From the NCBI GenBank assembly GCA_025201805.1, contig MU619237.1, positions 62,001 through 126,000 of the forward strand: DNA of 64,000 nucleotides, written 5' to 3'. The translations under genes and the position numbers were made by a program. Numbering within the stretch: position 1 is the first letter of the stretch; each line of letters starts with the position of its first letter. Under the pieces are notes generated by a model, which ran no database searches, was not told the DNA's origin, and saw only the letters and a list, made by a program, of their open reading frames with translations. Origin of the DNA: Parasitella parasitica NRRL 2501 (taxonomy: Eukaryota > Fungi > Mucoromycota). Shown here one piece after another: positions 11,912 through 24,578 of the stretch.

Positions 11912-14036
11912 ATGGGAAGCTGCGCATATTGTATCCAAGATGCAGTTGATTCCAACGAGAAATGGATCGCATGCGACGCGTGTCAAGAATGGTACCACTG
12001 GCATTGTCTTGAGTTAACAGATGTCGACCAAATAGAAACCTATCACTGTCCAAAATGCGTATCCAAGCATGGCCCCACTACCTGTAAGTTTTATCTAGAA
12101 AAGGCCATGGAAAAAAATCTCCTTGATCTTAATTATCCGATATTGTAGACAAACCACAGCAACAAAGGAAATCAAGTAGAGGCCAGGCACGACTCAACTA
12201 TGCAGATTTGAATGAAGGCAATGCAGCGGGAGATGAAAGAATATGGGGTAAATTACTTGCTGTCAAATCGTTCAAAAGAGATAAATTCAAGCGATATCAG
12301 GCAAAGCAAGTCAATATGGATTTATTACGGAAAACTGGATTAAGGGAGCCTTTTATCGTTGAGAAGAATGAGCCAGAGTTGGACATGGCAATGCCTAGAA
12401 ATGACATTACCGTCTACGATATTGCGAGATTAGTTGGTGGAGATGACCATCCTGTGGAGGTCATTGATGTTGCTTCACAATCAGAAAGTCCAGGCTGGAC
12501 CATGGGACGTTGGGCAGAGTATTTCCACAGTGAAAACAGAGACAGAATTCGTAATGTGATCAGTTTGGAAATCAGCGGCTCTGATTTAGCAGATATGGTC
12601 ACTCGCCCCAAGATTGTGAGAGACATGGACTGGATCGACCTAATGTGGCCAACTGATAAACACCCCGAAGAATTCCCAAAAGTGCAGTTGTATTGTTTAA
12701 TGGGTACTAAGGACTCTTATACTGATTTGTAAGTATGCGCTTTACTTTTCTTTCTATGGACAGAAACTGATCGTATTTTAGCCACATTGATTTCGGTGGA
12801 AGTTCTGTAAGTTGCCAATGCAGTGATTTACAAATAGAGAGATTGAGCAAGAAAACACTAATACAATATTACAGGTGTTTTATCATATCCTCAGTGGGGC
12901 TAAAACCTTTTATTTTATTGAACCAACTGCCAAAAACTTGAAAAAATATCAAAAATGGTCGTCCTCGCCAGAACAATCAACCACATTTTTGGGCGATGAG
13001 GTCAAAGAATGCTTCCAGGTTAAACTTGTGGCTGGGAATACTATGTAGGATTGATAGTCGAGTGAGCTGAATAGGTGTTAAACTAACATCTGTTGATAGG
13101 ATCATTCCAGCTGGATGGATTCATGCAGTATACACGCCCCAAGATGCAATTGTTGTCGGCGGAAATTTTCTGCAGTCGTTCAATATTGGTACGCAACTCA
13201 CAGTCTACGCCATCGAACAAGTGACAGATGTGCCGCTAAAGTTTCGATTTCCCTACTACAAACGATTGAATTGGTATGCATTGGCCAAGTTTGACACTTG
13301 GCTTCAACAGGAAGAAATAGCAAACAAATTATCGTATTTTGAATTGGAAAGTATGGCATTGCTGGCCTCATTCTTACACAAAGACATCAAACAAAACGAA
13401 TTCGGCGTGGTGATAGCAGAGGAGGGACAGTTTTCGAATGCTGATAAAAAGCAGCTGGATATTCCAGAATCTATTATCGATCCGGTTGGTTTATCGAAAC
13501 GTGTTTTGGATCTAGTAAAAAAAACCATTCAAAGCAAAAGTAGATTAGAAAAGGAGGAAGAGGAAAAAACACAGCCACTCAAAAAGATTGTGATTCGAAT
13601 GAAAACACCTACTCCAAACCCTACCAAGAAGCAGGAGGAGAAAGAGGATGAAGATGTATATCTGCATGAGGAAGAAGAGGAGGAATATGAAGAAGATTAC
13701 AAAATAGACGCTGATGACGACGAATTTGATATAGATGATGATGATTATGATGATGAAGATGCAATACCCGTAGTTGAGAATAATAACAGCAGTAATAAAA
13801 TTAGAAAATCAGTAAATCGTAAACTCAAGAAAAACCTAGAACTTGAAGCCAAAAAACCACAAGAACATAATGACAGTAGTAGCAGTGATGATGATAGTAT
13901 GGGCACATCTAAATCCAAATCTATGGGCAGCGTCTCTGATTTGTTTTCTAACCGTAAAAGATCTATCTCAAATAGCTCTAATTCACAAAAATCAACTAAA
14001 CAACGCATATTAGACCGTATGAGTAAACGCTATTGA
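11912..14036 (+). CDS. PHD-finger + JmjC histone demethylase (Jhd1/KDM2/KDM7-like)
   Basis: PHD finger CAYC...WIACDACQEWYHWHC...CPKC. JmjC motifs NVISLEIS, PKVQLYCLMG, YTDFHIDFGGSSVFYH, GAKTF and IIPAGWIHAVYTP...VGGNFL. C-terminal TKQRI motif resembles PHF2/PHF8. Confidence 0.92.
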
Positions 14037-14078
14037 TCATTTACAAAACTGAATAAACCAAATTTATTGATCGTCTAA

Positions 14079-15286
14079 CTAGACAAAATCGTTTTGAAGG
14101 ATAAGCTTAATCATGTTGGCTGACATAGATGTGCTGGTTTCGTTTTGGTTGGTATAAAATGCTAATGCTGCTTCCAGATGCTCTTTTGCGCTCAATTTTG
14201 GGTTGATTTGTTGCGGTGATGGCGCTGGTAGCGGCGGGCTTGCTTCAATATCACTAGAGTTACTGCTGATGCTCATGTTTGTTTGTTGCTCTTCTTGCTG
14301 GGTATTTACATCGGTTGATTCGTCGAGTTTGTTGTCAAGATTTGGCTCATCAAGATTATCTGTATAATCCATTGTATTTTGATCTGGAATAACCTCCAGT
14401 TCCTCTTTCTCTTCTTCGGATACTGCAGTAGATGTGACAGATATTTGGTCCCTTTCGGCTGTTGAGGCATTTGATTCTGCGATCGAATTTGTTGTTTGCT
14501 CAGGACCCCATTCATCCTTCCTTGTTGTGGTATTACTCCTGTAAGCTACTAGAGAGTTTGGGTTGGGATCTGGTGTTGGGGTATTCAAATGTGCCATCGA
14601 TGGCTCCACAGAGAAAACGGATGTAAAATTATTTATTGCATTCTTGTGTTGGTTTTCACTTGACATTGATTCAGGAATAACAGAATCTGCATCTGGTTTT
14701 GCGTTCCTGTCTTCTAATTTCGCTAATTTGGGAGTCAAATATCTTTGCTTGAAGTTGGCTACCCAGGAGCTCGATGCTTTGAAATCTTCAGAGGCAGATG
14801 AGCCTTCGAAGGAAAAATTTTGAGCGTATTGACGTGCCTGACGTCGAAGCATTTGATCTGTGATACCGGCTAAATTTTGCTGTTCTTTTTCTAACCACAA
14901 TACCAACGCATTTTCTACTAGAGGGTATCTTGAACTTCGCTGGCGGAATCGTTTTGCTATAGCAGTGTCAGTGGCAATAGAGAGCCAACGCTCTTTTGAT
15001 TTAATTATCTAGATGAATGGTTTGCATATGATATAAATCCAATAAGCATGCGAAGACTTACTTTGGCTACAGTAGTCCGTTTACAGCCATACTTTTTAGC
15101 AAGAGCCTCTTGTGTGTACTTTGGATTACTGTTATGGTCCTCACATATCAAGCGCTTTGTTTCAGCAGATAAGCTCGTCCGAGAATTAATCGCAGCTGGA
15201 CTAGCGTTTGCACTACTTTGTTGCTTTTCTTTGGTTTTTTTAGAACGATTGACTCGAAATACATGAATGTTGCTACTTTGCTTCAT
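14079..15286 (-). CDS. CENP-B/pogo-type double-HTH DNA-binding protein without a DDE domain
   Basis: RTSLSAETKRLICE...YTQEALAKKYGCKRTTVAK, intron 15009-15061, then IIKSKERW...RYPLVENALVLW...ITDQMLRRQA...FKASSSWVANFKQRY (CENP-B_N and HTH_Tnp_Tc5 patterns). The rest is a low-complexity acidic tail. Confidence 0.85.
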
Positions 15287-16623
15287 AGACAAATATGTGC
15301 AATACCGTAATAAAAAGGGAAGAAAAAGGCGTACGATGGCTATTTAAAATGGAACATCCCTCAATAACTTGGCTCACCAAGGTTTACAGTGGGACTATTT
15401 TTATGTTTCTTGGTTTTTCAGAGTTCAGTTCTAACCTTAATGTTCAAAATGGATCATTGAAACGTTTTGTGCCTACATTTCTGTCATTATATGTAAAAAT
15501 CATGTTGTTATATTCGGCAATTGTTACCTTGTCTTTATCCAGTGATCCATATATAGTTCAACATATGATAATTATGAAAATAATTAACGATTAATGACTA
15601 GATTGAATGAGTTAATTCAAATAAAAATAAAGTGCCTAACAAGAACAGCTATTTTTGTTGTGAATAACGAACCTCCAGTTTGTTACGTTAGTCAATCTAC
15701 ATCTCATATTTTCCAATGACTTGATAATTAAATCGTTGTAGTTAAGCTGATGTCCTCTTTTAGTTGAGAGCTATGTCTACGAAGGTTTATTTCGGAATAG
15801 CATTAGACGTGTGTAAAACATAACCTATGCTTTGCTACCATTCATGCTTAAAAATTCAAACACCAAAGCTGCCCAAGACCATATAATGCAGTATACATTA
15901 AAAAATCGTGTTAAAGGAAATATAAACATACGCCAAGACAGATTGAATCGTAGTGATATAAAGACATATCAATTTATTGAAAGATGACTTGACAGAAGAT
16001 AGATAAAACTTTATTAAACATAGTAAATACGACGACTGTACTCAAACGCTATTTGTAAATTGGTAATACTAATCTATTTGCGTTGCAAGCATATCTTTTA
16101 ATGGTTTCGAAAGCTTGCTGGAAAACTTTCTATCTGGTATCAAAGTCTTCGAATCATATTATGCTTCTTTCTAAACACATTAAATATATTTTGCTATGAT
16201 GTCTATTAAGCACATTATAAATACAATGTAATAAGTAATCAAATTCTATATTACAGCACACGTATCTCTATCTCTCAGCTAAAATGTAACGAGTCTTTTC
16301 TCAAAAGATTGCAGTAATTCAAAACAACAGATAATTCATTAGCCATAAATGCCAATTCAAACAGAAAGACTTATTCAAAACCTTGATCATTGGCTAGTAA
16401 ATACAATGACAACAACAATCTCTACCTTACTCCTGCTTTATTTGCAAGGTTCTTAGATGCATCAGCTATTCTTCTCAAATTATATTCACTTCATTACCTA
16501 ACGCTTTTTGCGGCAATTTTGATTGAGTTGTTTTACGCATCTAAATAAATTCGGTAATTAACCAAAATCTATCAAACTTTGAACATCTCACGTATAATTT
16601 TCAAAAAATATTAAAAAAAAAGT

Positions 16624-16696
16624 TGAGGCTACCAGGGGTCGAACCTGGAATCTCCTGATTCGTAGTCAGACGCCTTATCCATTGGGCCATAGCCCC
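16624..16696 (-). tRNA. tRNA-Arg (anticodon ACG)
   Basis: Reverse complement GGGGCTATGGCCCAATGGATAAGGCGTCTGACT-ACG-AATCAGGAGATTCCAGGTTCGACCCCTGGTAGCCTCA folds as a cloverleaf with A and B boxes; a T-run follows downstream. Confidence 0.95.
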
Positions 16697-17501
16697 ACAA
16701 CTTATTACGTTATTTTCAAAAAGTTATAGTATCTAATCAACAAATACAACAAAGAGCAAAATCACGTGATACACACAATGCTGGATAAGAGAGAATATAA
16801 AGATAATATTTATAAATTTCATGTTAAATGTATACTAACTGTTAGCTATTTCTAAGTTGCCATGGTTTTTTATTTTGTTATGCCAGTGGTGTCAAAGGGC
16901 GCAGGGAAATGCTGTGTAAATGTTATTGTGTGAACAGAAGTAATAAGACTTTTTCTGGATACAAACATGTTTAAAATGCCATCGTTTGATCAACAATGTT
17001 AATGAACAGTAACATTCACTGTTGGATACAAAAAAAAAATATAAAACCAAAGCTTCACGAGATACAAAAACTTAAGATACTTTATTTAAGATCGAAATTG
17101 TATCTGCTATTTACACCTTTTACAACTACATAAATTTATACTGACTTATTTAGATTACTAATTGACGATACTTATTCCTAGTAACAATCTACTCAACAGT
17201 GTACAATGTAATATTGTACAACAAGGGCTTTATATGTCTTTGATCTAACAGTGCCTTAACCTTTATCCTGGTGCTCAGATCTCTGTTTCTGCAGGAATAA
17301 TCTTCTTGATTTGAAACAAAGACTTAATTCTCCAGTTTACACAAGCGTATCATATCACATCATTGGACAATCTTCAATCTTCAAATTGAAGTATATTGTC
17401 ATGGTCTCCTATCTGTAATTATGGCAGATCAGTAGTGGTGTTGTCTTTAGCAGAAATTAAGGATCAAGAACTACTAATTCATTATATTGTAGTAGAGAAG
17501 T

Positions 17502-17643
17502 GTAGATAATAGAAGAATGATTATCTGCTAATGAAGTCGAGCTTTGCTCCGTCAGGCGAAACAGGCCCATGACAGCCTGTGCTGAGCACCACAAAGTGGT
17601 GCTTCTATTTTAAGGATACAGTGGTCCTGAAGTTGATACTGTA
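17502..17643 (+). other. GC-richer island of consecutive hairpins, hammerhead-like; putative structured RNA or decayed element
   Basis: Stems GTAGATAAT/ATTATCTGC, GAGC/GCTC, ACAGGC/GCCTGT, AGCACCAC/GTGGTGCT and TACAGT/ACTGTA. CTAATGA...GAAAC spacing resembles a hammerhead core. Confidence 0.35.
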
Positions 17644-18378
17644 CTCACTGATGTAAAAATAAAAAGATATGTGCCGAGACAAGTAACTAAGAGCGAGCTT
17701 TTCATTATAAAAAAGTAAAATTGTAAAAGTATTCAACTTTTAATTTGAAGTTTGATAATAATTGTCTATACAATCATAAAATGGTCTTAAATCGTCGTTC
17801 TATTAATCCAATCTACGGACTTTCAGTAGTAATACCTTTCTCCATATTTGATTTCAAATCGGATGTGAGTGCTATCAAGTATTAATGAATTTCTGAGATC
17901 ATAACAGCCAAAAGTTTGAATTTTGTGTGGAATGTTGATCTTCCCTCGGCGTAGGAAGTTATTGTGCTATGTGGAATAACAATAACAACATACCAAAACA
18001 GTAATTTGGTATCTATTCCACGCATAACAAGGCAGGCTTTATTCCTTTGAATAATTTCAAATTATGTCTATAATACCATATATAATTAATTGCATTGCGA
18101 AATATGTCTGGTCAAATTTTGTATATAGCTTTAAATTGTGAAAAGATTCTCACATTATAGGGCTATATGCGTTGCTTGCAATTCAATATTAATCAGGGTA
18201 TACGAGAAAAATTATAAAATACAGTTTGTATTGATGGCCACGTTAAACCACGCATTGCGATTAACACAACATTATTTTGTGGGCCGCCTTGGGTGCGCAA
18301 ATTGAATTCATTTCAACATGACTCCTCTCCTTTTACATTAAACCTTTTCTTCGTTCGACGCACAAACACAAACACACC

Positions 18379-21271
18379 ATGAAATCTGTAGGCGGTACCC
18401 TTCGCAGAAAAGGCTTGGGTGGGGCCGAACACTTTATGAAGAAAGACAAGAATAAACAAAGCACCAACGTCTCCTCGATTTTTTCGCCCACAGCTTCGTC
18501 TGCTAATGCACCAAAGTCTGGCTCATCCCCTCAAATTCCCAAAATTGCCGCATCATCATCACCATCATCATCAGCGGCAGCATCTAATGCCCCATCAGCG
18601 CCAAAAGTTATTAAATCAGCATCATCATCAGCACCCATTACAGTCGATTTACATCGATTTGCAGATGATAATTTGCAGCCTGAAGAGTGTGAGTAGTAAT
18701 CATTGTAATGCGTAAAGTTGAGGGCTTTTTGTACTTACATCAAACAAAAACATAAAAAAGTTGTACGTAGAACGTTGGGAGATACCAATGAAGAAGGTAT
18801 CAGAGGTTTTTACAAGTCTTTATTAGACGCCAAACATGTTGTAGGAGGAGACTTGCAAAGAAATGTATATCGAAACTATACAGAATTTGTGTCGATCTCC
18901 AAAGAGATTTCCAATTTGGATGCAGACGTGTTAAGTGTTAAAGAGAATTTGAATGAACTCAAGTCAATTTGGGAGAGTTTTTTGGCGGCTACCAATTCCT
19001 CTGATATAAGCAAGATGCCAGGTAATGATATATACACATTTAGTAAAAGGAGAGAATAGACAGTGATTAAACCAGGGAAACGCAGGATCTGTCGAATCTA
19101 TTTTTGCATCCACTGCTCATGGGAGAAAGAAAAGCGATTTAATGACCAGTGATCAGACCAGTATTTACAGAGCGCAGATTATGGCGCTATGGGACAATGT
19201 AGAAGGATCACAAAGATTTATACCCCATGCACAAAACAAGCATATTGTTCGAGAATGCGTTAATTTCTATAACATCAACCCCAAGACACTGCAACCAGGA
19301 CACCCGGTGCATTTGTTCCTACTGAGTGATTGTTTGCTGCTGGCGCGCAGAAGAGGAAATCGACTTGTAGCCGATCAATGCTGGAATATTCAAGATCTCA
19401 CAATTGTTGATGTGAAAGATTCATCAGGTAAATTACGCAAACCAAGAGAAAAACGCTGTGTTGACCTATTTTTGAAACAAGATCTCACCAATGCATTGAG
19501 GATTGTTGTATACCCAGAGACATTCATTTACCGTTCCGAGAGGATCGAGGACAAGCTAGGTCTTTTAAATGCGTATAGACGATTAATGGATGATAACGAT
19601 GATAGGCAGCTCGATGCACCACAGTCAGGTAAGCTAACAAAACTTACCAGGCAAGATCTTAATTGACTAAACTTTTTATATGCGTAGCTGATACTAGAAA
19701 GGTAAAAGCAATCTGTTTCTTGTTTGCGGAATCAAAATTAACAATACATAGCTTCGTGATTCAAACAATCTCCACCCTGATAAAGAAAAATGGCTTGTAG
19801 ATTTACCAGATCATTTGGAAGTATCGATCGCAGTTCGAGAGTTTGAAAAGAGTGTAGTTTATTTGGAAAAGGGTAAGCGTAATTATTTTATTGTTGGGGG
19901 GGGGGGAAGATTGCTAACAGCAAAAACAATGTGCGGTAGCTCGGCATATTGTCATGTCCTCCTCGAGCTCGTTGCCGATCATTCGAGAAGCAAGAGATCA
20001 TATCAATCGTTATACCGACGAATTGAGCGAGATCATCAGCAGAGATCTCAGCAACACTTTACTGACCAAGATTCAGTTTCAAAGATATGTTAATTGGCTA
20101 TTGAGATTGGACAAGAGTGAAAAGGTAAAATAAGGAGACGTGCCAGATTGAGATGTGATGCTAATCGGCAAAATGATAGGCAAGACAAGTATTTCTAAGC
20201 ACACGTACGCTGATAATCAAGAAGCGAATCCGACAACTGGTATTTGAGGGCGATATTACAACTTATATCGGCGAACTTGCCCTCGTTGTATTCACGCTGA
20301 TTCGAAACACCTGCGAGTGGTACCGAGACTCATTCAAGCAAAATGAAATGGCATCAGGCAAGTATTTTTGCCCTGTGCGGAATCACCGCGTCTAAAACGA
20401 CAAAATAGGGTTCGTGACATGGGTTCGTGAGCAAACCGAAGTTTATGCAGACATTTACAAGCGTCAAGTGTTTGGGCAAAGTCAATTGAGCTGCCAAGTG
20501 ATTGCCGATTGTTTCAAATCGACATTGGATCAATGTTCGGTGGTAATGTACAGCAGTGATGGATAATCCAAAGCGCTGATTGCTAAAAAAAATCTCATCA
20601 TTTAGCTGCGAAAAGTCGGCTTGGATCTCAAGTTCCTTTTGGAAGACTTATTTTTGGAAAATGTAAAAGAAACAATCATTTCGTACGAAGGAAGGAGCAT
20701 GGAAAAGATTGAAAAGGTTGTGGTCAGCGACAATTTCCATCCCGTCTCTGGACAAGGCTTAGGCAATGATGTCAAAGTAACCTCGAGCGTTGTCAGTTTC
20801 TACAATCTGTTGGTCAAATTTTCAAACGAAATCTGCTTGCTGTCAAAGTTGCAAATGTATTCAACTGTGATTGATAGTGTTTGTCATTTAACAGAACACT
20901 ATCTGAGATCCATGGTTGCTGAATCCCGCAAGAAAGATCTATCCAAAGAGCAGGTAAGGAAAAAACAATGTCCTGATTACACGCATTCAATTTACCCATT
21001 TGATTAGAGAACCATTGCGTCTATGAATGTGTCATTTATATTAGATAATGTTGTACCAAGAGTGTCATCTCAATTGAATGTAAGTGTTTGTTATGTTGTG
21101 TGCTACACTGAGATCTCATTCCCAGGCAGTACCACTTTAATAGACCTATACCAGAGTTGGATACACTGAGAGCAAGGCTTCGAGGTAAAACATTCAACCT
21201 TAAACAAGCATAGTAACTGACATTTACGCTGTTGCCTTTTCTATACAGAACTAACTTATCTCAACAACTGA
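18379..21271 (+). CDS. EXO84: Exocyst complex component Exo84 (multi-exon)
   Basis: DLQRNVYRNYTEFVSISKEISNL (Vps51/Exo84 N-terminal region), PH-like VHLFLLSDCLLLARRR, IAVREFEKSV, IRQLVFEGDITTYIGELA and GLDLKFLL. Last exon ends with TGA at 21271. Confidence 0.9.
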
Positions 21272-21484
21272 AAAAAAAAAATCGCACGTGAAACCTGGTG
21301 AAACCCTTCATAAATCCAAATCATTCAGGTAGTTGTTTTTCTGCATCCAACTCCTTAATAAATCTTTGATCATAAACGTCAATTTGATGTCTTTCTCCTT
21401 TACAATCATTTTTTTTTTACTACTGCATAAATACTTGGTTACTGTAATATCTAATACCTTCTTTCTCTTTCGGTCGCCTTGTTG

Positions 21485-23181
21485 ATGATGAATACTAATA
21501 CTAAACGTCTGCTTTTATCATCCCTCTTAATTTTGCCCTGTTCTTGCGCTTACATGTCAGCAACATCCAAGGGGAGACAATTTTCCTTGTACAAATCCGT
21601 CTCGACAAACATCATCACATTGACCGTCATTTGGGCATGTTTGGAAATTGCTTTTTTTGTTTACTTTGTCAATGCTCTCCAAAAGCTACAACAAACAACC
21701 AAGCCCAAGAAGCCGCTGGATCAATCTGAAAGAACAAGCCTGTTTTGGAACTGTGTCCACACTATTCCTGATCTGTCTACATGGGCCGAAGGATGGTTCT
21801 ACTACAAAAATGATTGCTCTCATCCCAAATTCAGCGAGATCAAAAGGGAAAATCTAGCATTATGGTAAGTCGAGCATGCCCATGCTTTCAAAGAGTCACC
21901 GCTCAACCACTTTTTTATGCGGTCGTAGGTTTGCCTGGGCTTTTTGGCATGAGCATTTGGACATTGTCAGACAAAACAAAGAGTGGGCAGATGAGATTGA
22001 ATGGATGCTGATTACTACAGAAGAATGGTTCCATGTAAAGTTTGCAAAGGGACTAAACGCAAATCTACAGTGCATTAGGCTCAGTTTGGACCCACTAGAA
22101 GCTGTGCATCGCCCGTTGATTGTATACGTTGGATTGTACATGATCACAGCGATTTTCAATACAGCGTTTTTGGAGTGGAGTTGGGGATTCACTCATTCAA
22201 GAGCAACTATCCATGGCATCGAGTGGGGCGGCCCTCTCGCCTTTGTTCATGATGTTGTAAGCGGTATCAAGAAAACCGTTGTCAGCATCACAAGCGACAG
22301 CTATGCCAGACATCACAAGAAGCAGTTTCGTCTCAAGCATCTGTCGTACTGGTATCGTGCTCCTACCGATGGATCGACTACAAGAACGCCTCTTGTTTTC
22401 ATACATGGCATTGGCGCAGGAGTTATTTGTTATACAGAATTTGTACGTCAATTAGCAAATTTCGACCGCCCTATTTTCTTGATTGAACTACCGTACGTTG
22501 CTATGCATATGGTAGATCATGTCCCCACGGCTGCTGAAACTGTTTTGGAGATCAACGAAATGTTGCAAACATATGGCTACGAGAATGCTATTTTTGTGTC
22601 GCATTCATTAGGCACTGGGGTGTCCAGCTGGATCCTCAATAGGGCGCCGAACATCGTTGCTGGTGTAGTAATGATTGACCCCATCTGCTTTCTGCTTCAT
22701 TATCACAATGTTGCATTCAACTTTGTACATCGTAAGCCCAAAACATTGTTTGAGGTAAATACTGTATTACTACACGGTTGCCAAATATCCTGATCCACCT
22801 GTATAGCATCTCATGCATTTTGGTGCTGCCAGAGAGCTTTATATCAGCAACTACATCTCTCGCCACTTTCAGTGGTTTGAAACCATTTTTTTCACTCAAC
22901 CGGCAAATGTCCAGCCAGCAACACTGCCGCCTTTGCCGACCGAAAAAAACTCGCCATTAGCAAATGCAAGCATATTTCTATCTGAAAAAGATGGTATTGT
23001 CGGCAGTGGACCTGTGCTCGAGTACCTGCTGGCAAGAGGTGTCGACGCTCATATCATGGACAATCTGGAGCACGCAATGTTCTTGACAAGCACCAAATGG
23101 AAAGACACGATTGCAAGCCGTGTTGACACAATTGCACGTAAAGCAGACTATGTATCCTTGATGATGAATAAACAAATGTAG
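21485..23181 (+). CDS. Membrane-anchored alpha/beta hydrolase
   Basis: N-terminal hydrophobic segments; IRLSLDPLEAVHRPL, PLVFIHGIGAG, nucleophile motif SHSLG, IDPICFLL, SEKDGIV and LEHAMF. Two introns. Confidence 0.85.
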
Positions 23182-23454
23182 TTGCAGCAGTGCTGTTACA
23201 CTGCTTTATATCCTTTTCTAGTGAGAACTCCATTGTCGATCTCCTTATCAATCCTTTTGTGCTTGAAATCGCAGATAGACGCAATGCGTGCCAGTACATG
23301 TCACATCTTTTAATTTCTTCAAGTCTGAATTCTTCGAGTCTGTACACAGTTTTTTGCCATATCCTGCTTGTTTGCACGCCACCTTCAGTTGGTTCAAAGC
23401 CAGTGATAGCGCTCTTGAAAAAAAATATCTTTTTTCTTGGATGCATGCAACAAA

Positions 23455-24369
23455 ATGAAGCAGCCTCAATCTACTGTAATATTTGTTCAATCAACGGCTC
23501 ATTGGGAGGCTATTCAGCAGCAAAGAGCCCAAATCCTTGGCGTTACTTCGTCACCACCAACAACACCTACCACATCAGACTTATCTCCACCGAGGATGGT
23601 CAGTAGAGAACCAAAGCAAGCATCCTCCAAGAAGCCTTCCCGCTTGATAGGCAAAGAAGGAAGTCGCAGAAGAAACCGATGGACAAACAGTAGTGTATTG
23701 CAAATTTTTTCGCGTTATGTCTGAAAACAGCACTAAGAAGCGAATTTATAGACACATTTGCCGACCATCCCTCGGCAGTCTTATATGCTGAGGATTTACG
23801 TCCGCCTGGCTACGAAGCAAATCCACCCAAATACGACATCGGCCTGCTAGTAGCTAATCAACAAGACCAAGACCAAGAACAAGCAACATCAACACACCAA
23901 AACGTGCAAGAAAAGGCACATAATCTATCTCGACGTGTTCGACATAGTTTGAAAAAGACGCATATTTCAAAGAGTCTGATAACAAATTATGAATCTCAAT
24001 TGATCGAGTTTATACATGTCTGGCTAAATGATGTAGAATGTCTTGAAAATGCTTGTTTAAAGATTCACGTTGCATCGAACAATCAGTTTGAGCGATATGT
24101 TTTGCATTTAATGAGTCGGTATTATGGATTTTCGTCGTTTAGTAAGTAAATTTATATCATGTACATTTGGGATATGCAATACTTAGTCATACGCTGTAGG
24201 TAAAACAAATGATCAAAGCCAACGAATTACTTACATCTGTCATCCGGCGTATTTAGACTACGTTAGCAATGACCGGCTCTCTACTACTGCCATAGACTAT
24301 TCACTTCTTCAACACTGGCTTATGCCAGAAAAGTCATTCTTTGAGTATTTATTTCATCAAGTCATGTAA
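23455..24369 (+). CDS. R3H-associated N-terminal domain protein with an R3H-like motif
   Basis: GKEGSRRRNRWTN motif and FERYVLHLMSRYYGFSSFS (R3H-like). Two introns; TAA at 24367-24369. Confidence 0.75.
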
Positions 24370-24498
24370 TCATAATAAAACGAAATGTACCTTTATCTTT
24401 GTTTTCATGCAATGTTACGTTAGCGATTTCTTTTTTGTGTATTACAGCAAGTATCACAGCGATATGGTGTTCCTTACAGCTCATCATTTGGCTATATA

Positions 24499-24500
<2 letters not shown>

Positions 24501-24561
<61 letters not shown>

Positions 24562-24578
24562 CTTTTTTTTTTTTTTTT
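24501..24578 (+). repeat. Poly(T) homopolymer tract
   Basis: About 78 nt of near-pure T between the R3H-associated gene and ERG4. Confidence 0.95.

Noticed and set aside
17531-17562. SECIS-like ATGA...GA
   Set aside because: No proper SECIS helix geometry and no upstream selenoprotein-like ORF.
17860-17960. TPP-riboswitch-like words (CTGAGA ... GCGTAGGAA)
   Set aside because: The intervening conserved core and pairing are missing, and there is no thiamine gene or intron context.
15300-18300. Possible centromere (AT-rich gene-free 3 kb, ATCACGTGAT at 16761-16770, neighbouring CENP-B-like gene)
   Set aside because: No flanking LINE arrays as described for Mucor pericentromeres, ordinary genes lie close on both sides, and CACGTG is a common bHLH site that also occurs near 21285 and 34286.
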